Shown here piece by piece: positions 24,014-38,069 of a DNA stretch of 64,000 nucleotides; within the stretch, counting starts at the first letter, position 1, and every line of letters begins with the position of its first letter. This stretch comes from Callorhinchus milii (Eukaryota): assembly GCF_018977255.1 (NCBI RefSeq), contig NW_024704742.1:101992001-102056000 (forward strand), read 5' to 3'. The notes beneath the pieces are model-generated. The model saw only the letters and a program-made list of their open reading frames with translations. It ran no database searches and was not told the origin of the DNA. Position numbers and translations under genes: made by a program.

Positions 24014-25402
24014 CATCAATTACACTTCATCTACCACCTTGCTCGGATTCTCACTTTATCTCTGTAACCCACCGTTAGATGCCATCCTGTGACAGGTAAT
24101 ATATGAGTGCAAGCTGTTATTGATATATAATGAATGAAGCATCAGTCTGCATCTGACCTGCACTATATTATGATCCTGCAGGGGTTGGGAGTGCTTGATG
24201 CAGATAAAGGGGGCCTAAAGTAGGAAATATATTCTATTTCTTTCACTTTAATTAGCAAACACATTCACCAAAAGAAAAGGGAGAGAAGGTAGAATCTCAC
24301 TTTGGGCTTTTTTGTGAGACTAAATATCTAAACTTACAAAGATTTATTATTGACCTATTTTTCCAAGGTCTTTTTGTTTAAACGGTGAGTGGAATGATGT
24401 TGTTGGGAGAGCTGGCACAGAGGAGTGAGTAAATCAAATAGTCCACATATTAGAGCTAGAGATTTGAGCCAAGGGTGTTACTGTTAGAGATCATGTATGT
24501 AATTGGTCTTTAAAGGCCTGATGGCACGATTTTCACTTGAAGTCGGCTAGGATGATAAAGAATTTAAAGTGAGTTATGGATTTTAACTTGATAATAAATT
24601 ACGGCACCATCTGCATACATCTGTATGCGCATATATTACAGCTGGATGCAAGGTCATATGCAAATTATAAAATTGAGTGTATCAAGAACTCAGGTAGGAG
24701 ATGCTGAGTACAATTCCCTCTGGAGCTAAGCTGATATTCATCATTCATGCAACTCAATATTGGTAGGGCAAATAATACAGGTTACTAAAGTGGTAAATGA
24801 AATTTCTTCAGCTCACATTGTACAGCTACGCTAGCAAACCCTCAGTCATGTTTCTAACAAAACTCTCTCTTTCTATAATGTGAGAGCTATGGTAACGTTT
24901 TTGTGATGAGGAATTGTCTCCTCCTGACATGAACTACAAGGCATCAGTTTGTTATATCAAATATATAAAGTATTGAATGTTTTAAATAACCTAATCCAAG
25001 CAACTATGTCAATTATTGTACATTTGATATTTACCATATTGAGTGTATTGGAGGCATCCCCTCCACCCCACACAACATCATTCTCGATGGTAAAGTCTGT
25101 GAAGCATTGGGCTTCTGGCACACATATTGTAGCTTTGAACTGCCAGTTAGTGGGATAGTGGGTTCTTACTAAGACAAACCTCAGAATAGCTTGCATAATA
25201 GTAATTTGTGTTGCTCAACATTAAACTCTATCTGCTATTCTTCTCAGCATCTTCCTGCATTTTCCTGCATTCCTCTTCACAGGTTGCTATACTTCCTAAT
25301 TCGGTTTCATGAGCTAACTTCTTCCGGTTTTCCAAATCACCGACCGTCCTTTCCAACTCAATACTTAAGCAATGATGATCCATTTCAATGAAACATGATA
25401 AT

Positions 25403-25710
25403 ACAATAATAATTCTTGGCATTTCTTATTCAGATATCTCAAATTGCTTCACAGTATTTGACTGTATTTTGTGGGCAAAACATGGCAGCCAAATGCGCAC
25501 AGCAGTGTCCCACAAACAGTCGTGGATTTGAGGGATTATTACCCCCAGAAAGCAATCCATTGATCAACTAACAACCAGTTTCCTACTTACTGTTAAGTAA
25601 ACTAAGGCATGTGGAGGAAGGAAACTTGCCTATGGTTTTGCCCTGCCCGGGAATCAAACCCAGGTCCTCTCGCTTGTGAAGTGAGCATGCTAACCATTAC
25701 ACTACAGGAC
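25403..25710 (-). mobile_element. tRNA-Ala/CORE/Deu SINE, long form, degenerate
   Basis: Homologous to 12676-13044. Confidence 0.85.
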
Positions 25711-26121
25711 ATGAAGTCTTTCTTCAATCTGGCCAATCGTCATCTCACAATCCTATTTCCCCCTCCTCCATTTAATATTAATTGACTGTTTATCTCATTG
25801 TTGTTTATAGCTATGATGTTTGACTATTACAACAACAACAACTTGTATAATATAGCGCCCTTCATGGAGGGTAGTGTCTGGGAGCGATTCACAGTGGTGA
25901 ATCTTATCCCGAGCTGGGGGGAGAGAGGAGGTGACTGTAAGCACGGTGTGACTGGAAGGTTTTCAGGCATGCTCTGAAAAGGCGGAAGGAGGGTAGTTAG
26001 ATATAGTAGTAGTAGTTAAAAATCCTTCAAAATGTCTTAAATTTTAATTGCAATCAATGGCACATGAGGCACAGGAGGAGGGCCAAAATGCCATCTGGTC
26101 AAAGCCTCTAGAACCATTTTA

Positions 26122-26274
26122 TCTAAAAATTTAAGATTGAATTGAAGTGTAGAAATTCCTTCAATTTAGTTTTAATTTGGAAGCTGGCTGTTTTTAAGAA
26201 CTACTGCAGAAAATCAGCTTTCAAATTAAGACTGAATTTAAGGAATTTCTACACTTTAATCTTAAATTTTAAGA
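26122..26274. mobile_element. Palindromic MITE-like element (about 60-bp arms, about 28-nt spacer); half copies at about 1922-2008 and 11500-11575
   Basis: Left arm aatttaagatt..aagtgtagaaattccttcaatttagttttaatttggaagctg is the reverse complement of the right arm. Confidence 0.7.
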
Positions 26275-28485
26275 CAACAAGGCTTTAAAGGCTAAGGAAA
26301 AGTAGCATTTGATTTGGTTTGGTGTTTACTGGTTACAAATAAAAATAGTAGACCAATTCCATGGTTATGTTGCCTTCAAGGTGGTCTTATATATATTGCC
26401 AGGCTCATGCCCATGTCTCTCCAAAGCAACGATAAAATATAATTGTGGAGATGGAGTGGTAACATCAATGGATTTTTCAATGGTCCTGCTTGCTCCCAGG
26501 CATTGGTGGACTGAAATGTACAGTAGCTTTAATGGATCACTAGTTCTATCCATATTACCAGACAGCATGCTGTGAATGACTAGTCAGCTCTTCCACAATA
26601 TTACAGAGTCCTGCCCATAAGATGCATTAATGGTGCAATAATGCTACAATAACCACTCTATAAAGCTATGGAAAAGCTTATTTATTGACCACTAAACATT
26701 TTAGGTTTTTACTCAGTTATGTATTTTGAAACAATTCAACCCAGTGACTCAATGCAATAAATGGTTCTAATCCTTTGAAATGAGCACTTAAAACGTTCAA
26801 ATGACTTTTCTTGCTGTAAGGCATTTTGTAAAATTTGACAAGAAAAAATGAAAACGTGAATTTGGTATTCTACAGTGTGATAATATTCTCCAAGAGAAAG
26901 ATGTGAATATTATATGGATTAAGATTTATGTCTCAGTTAAAAAGTTAACCCTCAATACTTTTCTGCTTAACAAATGTAAGGCTCAATGGCTACCAATGAT
27001 TTATCCATCTACATCTCAGACCTTAATTTATTTGGTTGCTTATAATCTATGTAGAGAATACTTTAATCTCAATGGCAACTGCTCATTTGCAATGAGATCC
27101 TGTCTGTAAAAATCAGGACGGAGAGGAATCACCCACTTAAATGCTATGATAAATCTTGCGTGGTATATATTCGTCAGTTTAGAACGGAGAGAAAAATCTA
27201 GTTATAAAATTTGTCAGAAAGTTAAAACCAGAATCATATCTTAATGTGATGAGAATGAGTAGGATTCAGGTAAATGATGGGAAATTACTATTCAGAATGC
27301 TAGTACATTCAGTCACTTAGAACAGCTCAGGAAAGAGACCTTGCCTGATAATTAAATCACGGTAACAGCACTGTGAGAACAGATCACTGGTGATCAGAGT
27401 CGCCTAATAAAGATTCATGTCTGAGTCTTAGGACTATTTCAGGGCTTGGACTCGGAAGGGTGCCATAAAATATATCATCTGGATTCTTCAATGTATTTAC
27501 CAAAACTTCCATTATTCACTATCGTAATGTAGTTAAATCAGTGATTGATAAAGAGTACAGTAAATGGCAAGTTAAAAGCAGCTGGATGCAGTCTTGGGGG
27601 AACAATAGGGTGGGTATTCTGGAAGGATGAGATCAGATGGGCTGAAGGGCCTTCTTCAACCAACCAATCTTGGACTAAGACAAGGTAACAATCTTGTGAT
27701 CTTGTAAAGTTATTCTTATACTTTAGAATAGTACTTGATAGTATTTTCTCTTCATCTCATGAAAACCCTGAATCAACTCATAACCCTCATGCCACCCCCA
27801 TCCCGGCATGGCTCAGTGAATAAATGCACAATGTAATATTCAGCAGAGCACCACAGAGAAGGAAAGCCCTAGATTTAATTCATGTTTTTTTAATTACCGA
27901 TTTGTATTGAGGATAGGAGTGGAGGGAGGGTAGGACATGGCAAAGGTCCTGCATCTGGGTATATTGGATGTAAAAAGTATCAAATGTTCTGCAAATTGAC
28001 TGCATGCCCATCCTAATAAATAATATCCCAAACAGCTAACTTTATGTGCTGTACAAACAACATTGGAGCAGACAAGGTATGCTGACACTAGCCTCATAAC
28101 CACTGAACATTCCAGCCATTCAGCTCTGAGGTTGTTGAATAGTCACAACCCTAAGTCCCGCAGCAGAGCAATGAGCTATTCAGAGAAGTAGTCTTCTTTA
28201 TTAACCCTTTTATGCTTAGTCTGTATTCTTTGCGAGCAATATATGGTCAGAGCCAGTAGGAGCGAATTAACAAGCAACATCCTTTGTTTGACCTCCTGTG
28301 CTGTTAAATAAGCTTTGTTTATTCTTCTCCAATACTATATCTTTTCTGAAAGATTCTCCTTTAGCTTTAAGAGATGTCAAATCTATAATATATAGTCTGG
28401 TATGAAACTGGGCTGATGGTCTATTACCCTACTGTTTTATCTTGTCACAAGGGCTTTTAAGTTGTCAGAGGCTATAAAGAGATGA

Positions 28486-29530
28486 GGCCCTCTCCTCTTT
28501 AATATCTACATACTTCGCCTTGGTGACTTCTGCAGACATGGGGTCAACTTCCATGTGTATGCGGATGACACCCAACTCTATTTTTCTGCCTCCACCCTCA
28601 ACTCCAGGACCACTGCTGTCCTGACAGACTGCCTGTCGGATATCAAGTCCTGGATGAGGGCAAACTTCCTACAGTTGAATGTGAACAAGACTGAAGCCCA
28701 CCTGTTTGGCTCGTGCCAGCGCCTCAGCACCTTAGGCTCTGGCAGCATCAACCTCCATGGTTGCACACTACAACTCACCAGCCAGTCAGGAACCTAGGTG
28801 TCTTGTTCGACCTTCAACTGTCTTTTCTTCCCCACATCCAAGCCATGACCCGCTCTGCCTTCCTTCACCTCTGTTACATCGCTCAACTCTGCCACTACCT
28901 CACCCCTCAGGCCGCTGAAACTCTTGTTCATGTCTTCATCACCTCCAGGCTCGATTATGCAAATGCCCTGCTTGTCGACCTTCCCAACTCCTCCCTCCAC
29001 AGGCTGCAGATAATCCAGAAATCTGCAGCCCGTGTCCTCTCCTGCAGCAAACTCTGTGACCCCATCTCCCCCACTCTCGCTTGACTCCATTGGCTCCCTA
29101 TCCTTCAGAGGATCCAATTCAAGATCCTGGTCCTCACGTATAAAGCCCTCCATGGCCTCGCCCCACCCTACCTCTGTGACCTCCTAACCCCCTACCAACC
29201 CACCCGCTCCCTTCACTCAGCCGGCTCTGGCCTGCTCCATGTCCTCCGACCCACCCGCCCCACCATTGGCGGGAGAGTGTTCAGCCACTCTGCCCCCAAC
29301 CTCTGGAATTCCATCCCCCAACCACTCTGCCTCACCCCCTCCTTAGCCTCCTTCAAGTCCCACCTCAAAATCCCTCCTCTTCGACCATGACATCGGTCAC
29401 CCCCCTTCCCCTCCCCTTCCTTCTCTCTCCCTGACCCCAGCTCCGGTCTGAAATGCTGTATACTGTCCAGTGCCTTGGGCCGTCCTCCCGATATGAAAGG
29501 CACTATACAAATGTAATCTTGTTGTTGTTT
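28486..29530 (+). mobile_element. L2 3' fragment of about 1 kb (YADD to tail)
   Basis: [32 protein letters not shown]; (TTG)n tail. Confidence 0.92.
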
Positions 29531-30167
29531 TTGAGATATCATGTATTGAGTAGATGCATTTTGAAAGAATGAAATACTTTATAAAAAGTGCATGAGATAC
29601 ACAATGTGCTTGCTTGAGCCATTCACCATTCATACAATGCTGGTTTTGATGTCTTTGTTGTTATTAACCTAACTGAACATGAGTATGCAAATATTTTTAT
29701 TATACCGCAATTTGAAATGTAATATTTAAGATTCAATCCCACCATCAGCATTCCTTTTAAAAATCAGCCCATTCCAAAGAAATATATTTTCAAAGATAAA
29801 TGTTTTCTGTCTATTTCTAGATGGTTTTGCTCAGACCGTGAATCCCGATTTCATTAATGAGTCTCTGAGCCAAGGCTGGTACATTTTCTAATCAATTTAA
29901 AATCAGACAGGCTTATCGACCAAGGTTAACAACTGAAGCAACAAACAGAGAAAATTACTCTTCCCCTCTCCCAACAATATGTATTTTGAAATAGCAAATC
30001 AATTTCCCAGGTATTTACACCAGAGATTATGTTCATGGTCGACTCATCAAACTCCTACACATCAATAAACATAAAAAAACACAGAAAAAATACATCACTT
30101 TTATGTACTTTATTTCCATGGGAGTAATTTGGGAGGACTCTTTACTTCAATCTCGATAGAGTCAAGT

Positions 30168-30500
30168 TAATAATAATAATAATCCTTGTATTTGATATAA
30201 CGCTTTATCACGTCTTCAAGACATCTCAAACCACTTCACAGAATATACTGTAAAGTGAATTTACTGGTATTTTGTGGGCAAAATGCGTCAGCCAATTACA
30301 CACTACAGTGTCTCACAAATAGTCATGGATTGAGTGACCAAATTATTATTTTATTTTTTTCGAAGGAATTATTATCTCCGGAAAAGCAGTCTGCCAATCA
30401 ACTAACAACCAGGTTCCTACTTACTGCTAGGTAAACAGAGGCGTGTGGAGTAAGGAAACGTACCCAACGTGCTCTAACCACTAAACTACAGGACTCCACA
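30168..30500 (-). mobile_element. tRNA-Ala/CORE/Deu SINE, long form with a deletion in the tRNA head
   Basis: Homologous to 12676-13044; anticodon and T arms are missing. Confidence 0.88.
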
Positions 30501-30790
30501 AGCTAGAGCTAAGCCGGTGAAAAAGGAATTCAGAGAAGATTTATGTGCAGAGAAAACTGTGAGAATATGGAATGGACTGTATCAGGAAGCCATGGCCATA
30601 ACTGAAATGTTCAAAAGAGAGAGAGATACATTCTTGGTAAGTAAGGATATTTGAGGATTTGGAGCAAAATGTGATAAAAGGGTTGAAGTTGTCCAGAAGT
30701 AATTGTGCAGGAGGCCTAACAAGTCAAAAGTTCACTCATGTTCCCATATAACCAACTAGATATCAGACCACACTCTTCAATGAAACTCAA

Positions 30791-31176
30791 TTCATAGATT
30801 CATAGATTCATAGAATGTTACGGCACAGAAGGAGGCCATTCGGCCCATCGAGTCTGTGCCGGCTCTTTGACAGAGCAAGTCACTTTCACTAACCCCAATC
30901 ACCAGCTTTCTCCCCATAACCCTGCAAACCCGTCCTCCCCAGATACCTATACAGTTCTCTCTTAAAAGCTGTTATCGAATCGGACTTCACTGCCCTTTCA
31001 GGCAGATCATTCCAAATTCGAACAACTCGCTGAGTGAAAAAATTTCTTCTAACCTCCCCTCTGCTTCTTTTGGTAGATATCTTAAGACTGTGACCACGGG
31101 TCACAGACACACCTACCAGCGGAAACAGCTTTTCCTTATCTCGCCTGTCGAAACCTTTCATGATTTTGAAGACCTA
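30791..31176 (-). mobile_element. Young CR1 3' end
   Basis: MKGFDR.DKEKLFPL...TRGHSLK...RNFFTQRVVRIWN.LPE; (TCATAGAT)n tail on +; gaaggaggccattcggcccatcg. Confidence 0.92.
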
Positions 31177-32011
31177 ATTAGCCTGGTTAGCTGAAAGGCA
31201 GTCCTCAGCCACAAGCCCCTTGCCAATCTTAGCTTTCTACTGATATTCTAGTTAGAGAAGTGAAGTAAGGGCTATTGTTGTACAGATGCACGCTCCATTT
31301 AATTATGTTTTGCTATTTATTGATCATTTTAATGTAAATAAAGCCATTAAGAATTAATTCATCAGATCATCATATAGTCATTGCTATTACCAGGGAAAAT
31401 GCTTTACTTCACTTTTGCCTGAAGTTTTTTTTCTTTGAAAATTTCTGGTGTAAGGAGTTTTGAAATGTTTTGTATTTGACAGGATTTCAGATGCTACCAT
31501 TGACCTCCTACCACTGTGTTTCAAATCGATGCTGTCTTACAAAACCTTTCTCAGCAATGATTCTTCTGTCTGATTACCCCCTTACGTCAAAATTGATTTC
31601 CCTCTGACCCAGAAGCTCCTGCTCACTTAAACTGTACAGCAAAGAAGTGGGTTTGTGCAATTAGTGGCATTTCCTTGTCTTCTAATTAAGTCTGGATCTA
31701 TCCAGATACAAAAAAAATGTTCAGTCACTTCATGGCAGTTTGTGGGACACTGCTGTCCACAAGTTTTCTGCTCTGTTCGCCTACAAAATACAGTCACTCA
31801 GACGTTCTTTTACATAAAAGTTATTATATGAATGCAAGTTGTTGGAATTGAAGACTTGTGTGATGCGATAAGGCACAGTAAATGTTTTATTTCCCTAGTT
31901 AATAATATAAATAGAGGTTTCTATTTGTAAACAAATAGTTGGACCAAAAAGGAGCAACAGAATTTCTTAGGAAATAAAATCTTATTTTTGTAGACCGCCT
32001 CTTTGCTGTTC

Positions 32012-32380
32012 ATGTGCAGCCCTGTAACGTATTGGTTAGAGCGCTCGCCCTGCAAGCTAGAGGACCTGGGTTCAATTCCTGGGCAGGGCAAAACATTAGA
32101 CAAGTTTCCTTGCTCCACAAGCCTCTGTTTGCCTTGCAGTAAGTGGGAACCTGGTTGTTAGTCGATTGGTGGATCGTTTTTCCGGGGGTAATAATCCCTT
32201 CAAAAAAGAATATTTTTTTAAAAAAAGTAATAATTCTATTCTATGACTGTTTGTGAGACACTGCTGTGCACAATTAGCTGCCGCGTTTCGCCCACACAAT
32301 ATGCAGTCATTTCACTTTGCAATATATTCTGTGAATCTCTTTGAGACATCTCAAAGTCGTGATAAAGCACTATATCAAAT
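32012..32380 (+). mobile_element. tRNA-Ala/CORE/Deu SINE, long form
   Basis: cctgggttcaattcctgggcagggc...gcctctgtttgccttgcagtaag...tail. Confidence 0.88.
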
Positions 32381-35267
32381 TGTGCCTTTCAGTGTCCTTT
32401 ACTTATAATTGAGACCTCCAGGATGGTGATTGCTTTATTTTCCCAGTCAGCTTTTAGTCTTTAGATTTATTTTCATAATAAATATAATAGCAATAATTGA
32501 ATCTTCAGTTTTATTTTCATCGCATTGGTTACTGAAAGATTTTCCAGAATTTTTATTTTACAAACCTCCTTATCCTGGACAGTGCAGTTAATGTGCTTCC
32601 CCTATCAATTGAGATACTAACGTTTGGGAATGCTTTCTGTCTCTTGTTACATGGCTGCAGGCTTTTACTTGTACTTATGAATTCAGAGCATGATTTTACC
32701 AAGTTGCAAGATCAGTTGAGATGAAGAGGATCTTTCAGCCCTTTTGATCTCCTCCTTCTAGTATACCAACAACTCCCAGATAATATTCATTTCATGGTCG
32801 TCTGTGACATTACTGTGTGCAAATTGGGTTGCAGCATTCAGCTACAAAATACAGTCACTAAACTTTACATTTCGATTTCCAACTGTATCTTCTCTACTCC
32901 TGAAGGGTATAATTAATGCTAGATTACAGTTTCATGGTCACTGAACTTTAACCACAGATAGTGAGTGTGTGCATGCTAATTGTTCAAGGGGAACAACCTT
33001 TCTTTCACTCAACCTCCTCACACACACTTACTAACAGGAATCACCAGAAACCTATTAGAAGCTGAGTGATTTTACTCATCTTTAAATCATAGATGCTTAA
33101 TTAAATTATAGGGCCTCTGCAATAATATTGCCTTGTATGGGAACCTCCAGACTCGATGCTTAGTAGGATTAAATCTGGTCCCTTTATGGTCTGCATAGCT
33201 TATACCACATTGGGCAGGCAGCTACGCACTGAACCATTGAGAGAGCCTAAAAATGATATGTGAGCCTGGAGGGCAGGGTGTTTCATCATGAGGGCACCAG
33301 ATTTGAAGACAGCCACACCATGTCCTAACCTGTCAACAACACAAACACACTCCAAGTGGGCACTGGATAGCAATCCATCTGAAACAACGTGCTGGCTGAA
33401 TTTCAGCCTCTCCACCCTGTAATATTGAGACTAACTGCGGTATCCATAGCAGTCTGTGTTTAACTCATCATAAACAAAGGAATCAAACCTAGGACCTTGT
33501 CTATGGTTCAGTACCTGACCCTTTGGGGTATTATTTACTAAACCTTCTGATTTCAGCATTTCTAGTGAGAGTCATATGCTGATTTGATAAGATACACAGA
33601 AACAAAAAGCATTGCTTGTTTTATAGCATTCGAACAAACCAGGAAATTACAATCCTGTTTTGTTTTGTTTTCACTTTCGTGCAGAAATACTGCCACTGAA
33701 TTCAAGCTGTACAATTTTTTGACAAGACCTCCTTGAATTCTAACCAGCACATTATTCGTATAGAGCCCTTTTTGTTAGTAAGTGCAGTTTGTGGTTGCTG
33801 CTTGTAATTGAGAATGCCATACCAGTGATTTGACATTCCTTAGCCGTCTCCTTTAATCATTGCTGTTTGCAGCTAAGAAAGAACGATGTAAGAGCTCCGG
33901 AATTCCTTATTCAACACCAGTCATTATTGATTCCTGCTTGTAATTGAGAAACAAAAACACGGCATAGTTCCTTTTCCCAATTAGTTTCCACCACAAGAGA
34001 TGATTGAAGGGATATGTAATTTTATATTCAATAACCTGTTATCCTGAGTACAACATTTAAAAACAACCGCAGGCTCCCTCGATGGCGTAGCTGGTGAGGC
34101 ACTGTCCAGTGGAGCTTAACCCCTGACTTGTTAGATCTCAGGTTCAATGCCCATCTGTGCTGAGTTTGCTGATCCCTCAAACGTGATCGAGATTTGAGAA
34201 GCTTCCATTAGTCTCAGAGGCTCTGGGGTAGGGATGGAGCAAATCTCTCAGGGTTCCTGCCTTTATGACTATTCTGTCACACCTGCTAGAAACTGTTTGA
34301 TACTGGAGAAGGAAAGGAACGAGTTTGGTTATGATGTTCCTATGAGTTTATAGTTAACTGACACTTATTGTTAGGAATATCGGAACAGAACACAGCCATT
34401 CATGACCATTCCAATTTATTAGATTATGGCAGATCTTTTATTGCATTTCTTAATCATTCATGGGTGATTGTACACAGCAAGTGTAAGTCAGGTATTGCAA
34501 TGATAGGATATACTAATCAGAACCCAGTTTTGCCCTCCTAGAGAGTGTCTCTTGGCTTTGAAGCTGTACTCCAGCCTGAATCAATGCCTTCAGGAGAGGA
34601 TGGGAGAAAATTAAAGGAATAATTTTTTTAAAAAAACTACCAATATTTAACTAGATACAACTTCTTGCACTTATGGCATATTTCTTGTAGAGCGAACGTC
34701 TCAAAGCTCAAATTTAAAGGGGGAAAAAAGATGACGAATGTTGACTAAAATAAATGAAACAAAATATTTTTAGGAGGGTTCTGAAAATAGGGAGAGAGGA
34801 ACTGAGATAAAGATTGTTCAGAATCGATTGTTTCACATTCAAGCCAGAGCGTTCCACAGTGATAACATTCCTGAATTAGAACAAACAAAAGATTTGTTCC
34901 TTTCCCACACATTTAGTTAACACTAGTTAACTAAACCATTTTTTTTTCTCTCTCCCTTCTGTTCCCTTCCCCACAATAAACAAAGCAGGCCAGCTTCTAT
35001 CCTGCTGAACTATTATTTAAGAACATCTGCTCCCATACAACCCAGTTATTTTCCATTCCTGATTTTGTCCTGAGCTGAATGGTTTTAAACAGGGCAGCAG
35101 TACAGGGGGAGAGATAATACATTTAGTCTCAGAGCACCCGAGCTAAGAGGGAAAGGCCGTGGGAGGGAGAAAGAACTGCTACAGTTCCTAAGCGCTCCAA
35201 GAAGGACGTTATATAAATGCAAGTTGTTGTTGTTGCTACTGGGAGACCCCTGCTGGAGAGTACACAT

Positions 35268-35437
35268 GTGTGGGCAGAAAAGTGGTCCCCCAATCGTCTA
35301 ACAACTGGATTCCTACTTAAGGCTAGGTAAACAGAGGTGTGTGGAGAAAGGAAACTTGCCCAAGATTTCACCCTGCCCGGAATCAAACCCAGGTCTCTCT
35401 CTCGTGAGTGCTCTAACCATTGAGCTATAGGACTCCA
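35268..35437 (-). mobile_element. 5' half of a long-form SINE
   Basis: Head and CORE-like segment only. Confidence 0.8.
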
Positions 35438-35777
35438 TCAGAGAATATTGAGCACCTTTGGAACTGCATTCCTCCATGAGTCAGCTACAACAGATGAGGG
35501 AAAGAATTGAAGGGGAAAAATGAAATATGAGAGTAGGATAAACACTCTCTTTTATTCTCCCTTTTCTTTCTGGGGGATTCGGGCAGGGTGTGGTTGGGGG
35601 TGGGGTGGGGCGTAAAGCGATGAGTGATTTTGTTCAATGTCCTTACTGGGATGTGTGTCATGCTCATTACCTCAGAGGCTACAAAGGGATAACATATCAA
35701 GTAGACCCTGTATGCACTGAGTAGATCTATTCTGAAAGAATGAAATACTTTATGAAAAGTGCATGAGATACTTACAT

Positions 35778-36157
35778 CAACAACAACAACAAAATTACAT
35801 TTGTAAAGCGCCTTTCACGTCGGGAGGACATCCCAAGGCGCTGAACAGTCAGAGATCAGGACCTGAGCATAGGGGTGGGGGCAGGGTTGGGATGAGGGAG
35901 GGCAGAGAGGGTAGAAGGGCAGCTGAAGGCACGGTCAAAAAGGAGGGTCCTAAGGCGTGCCTTGAAGGGATTGTGGGGTGGAGTTCCAAAGAGTGGGGGC
36001 AGAGAGGCTGAAAGTCCAACCGCCGTTGGCACGGTGGGTCGGGCGGGAGGCCTGGAGCAGGCCAGAGCATTATGAACGGAGGGAGCGGGCAGATTGATAG
36101 GAGGTCAGCAGGTCAGAGATGTAGGAGGGGGCAAGGCCATGGAGGGCCTTGAAAGTG
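35778..36157 (-). mobile_element. L2 3' fragment
   Basis: (CAA)n, aaagcgcctttcacgtcgggaggacatcccaaggcgct; homologous to the other L2 3' ends. Confidence 0.88.
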
Positions 36158-36427
36158 AATGTGGAAGCTTGAGGCATTCATGGTTGAAATCAGCAGCAGG
36201 GGTGTTTCTCTTCTGTCACAACATGCCTTGGTACAGTAGATTGATTCTCAACAATTATGCACCCATCATCCTTGGAGAAATAAAATGATGTTTATATTTG
36301 ATGGAGCTCCTTTCAGGAGGATGTCTCAGAGTACTTCACAGAATGTTGCTGTAAAGTGTAGTAACTGTGTATTTTGTAGGCAACTGTAATACATTACAAA
36401 TTTACATTTATTTAGTGCTTTCACGGA

Positions 36428-36717
36428 GGACACGGCAGCCATTTTGCACATAAACAATCATGAAGTGAGTAACCAATTTTATCTGGAGAGTTATCGGACA
36501 GGACATCAGGAGAAAGTCTTTTTATCTTTTTAAATAGTACCATGGGATCTTTACCTTTTTTTTGAACAAGCTGATGGGACCTCGGCTTAACATCTCATCC
36601 AAGAGATGGCACTGGAGTGTCAGCCTAAGCTGTGAGCTCAAAGTCCAAATGTAAGGCTTGAACCCACAGCCTTCTAATTTAGAGGCAAGAATGCTACTAT
36701 CTGAGCCAGACTGACAT
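36428..36717 (-). mobile_element. Older DeuSINE
   Basis: aaatagtaccatgggatctttt...ggacctcggcttaacatctcatcc...ctgagccagactgaca. Confidence 0.82.
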
Positions 36718-38069
36718 CTAGGTGAGAACACTAGCACTTAAAAATATTTTTGGAGCTGTTGCACTTTTGAGGAGAAGGCAGTGATTGCCTTTCTTTCCAT
36801 GACAGCCTGGCTGTTTTGATTTCCTCTCCCTAGAGAAACACGAGTCAAATCCTGCATTTCACAATGGCCTGCATGGACTTGGCAACTTTTACAACATTCT
36901 GTGCACCTATCTGGATTTATTTCTTATTCTAAGGTGTGTTTTTTGGTGTGTGTTGTGTTGTTGTGCTTATCAGGATGAGGGTTATCTTTGCAGAAAAATA
37001 TTTTGTTTTATTTCATTTAGCTTTTGTCTAAAAACTGCTGTTACGGTTCCCCGACTATGTATAATAAGTAAAAAAAATGAAAAGATGAATTGACAATCAG
37101 AGAGAAAAAAAATACGTGGAATACATTACATGGATTATTGTGGCATCAACAGCTGTGTAGCACCAGACAGCAGGAGCTACAGTGCAGGGAGGGAAGAAGA
37201 TGTTTGAAATGCCCCATTTACACTAAGCAATTTCATGCTGGGGTGAATCTGGTAAAGTTCACTTGATATAAAGAATCTGGATTACCCTGCTGACACGATG
37301 GACACAGCAGGACACCAATCCTCATTGCTGGGTGTGATGACAGTGTGATGACACTGGCGTTTGGAGATCAGGTATCACTGATGTGTCCCTGGTAGGGACT
37401 GTGTTGCTAGGCAACATCTATTCCTACCAAAGTAGAGATTCTGATATGCAATCCACAGATAGATTTTAGGGAAGTAAGGATGTTAAGAGACATAAAGCGG
37501 AAACGGGATTAAAAAGATAAACAAAAGAGTGTTAATGAAATATCATGATTTGGACAATGGGTCAAATGGCCTGCTCCTCTTTCTACGTTCTTAGGAGAGT
37601 TTACAACATCAAGCCTTCAAAGAAATAGTATTGTGGTATTGTGTTGCTGGTGAACTCCCTGCATTTCTTTGAAATAGGACCATGGGGGTTTTAAATGTCC
37701 ATCTGAGTCATTGGATCAGGCAGATGGCATCTCATCTGAAAGACGAAGCCTCCAGTTCCCTTGGTACCTGACTGAGATTTCTAAATGAAAGCACACTCAC
37801 AAAAATTAAGATTAAAAATATCTGTTTTGCAGTTTATTATTAATGAATCTCAGGCAATATCAAAATCCCACAAAATAATATAGCTGAAAAAAATCGATAA
37901 AATATGCACTCAATGTGGTGCGTCAATAATTGTTAATGGCTTAATTAATTCACCTATTCCAGTTCTCTTGTGGTCCATCATTAAACAATATTCTTATTTG
38001 CCCATTACGGTTGATCTGTAACACTTGGACATCTTTGTACCAATGTCATTTTAAGAATATAATATATAA

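Noticed and set aside
29821..29880. Acceptor-like site with a short open frame (also at about 31483)
   Set aside because: Weak or absent donor, early stops and no recognisable protein similarity.
34912..34935. 10-bp AT-rich hairpin TTTAGTTAAC-ACTA-GTTAACTAAA
   Set aside because: Isolated, low complexity and plausibly chance in 64 kb of AT-rich DNA.
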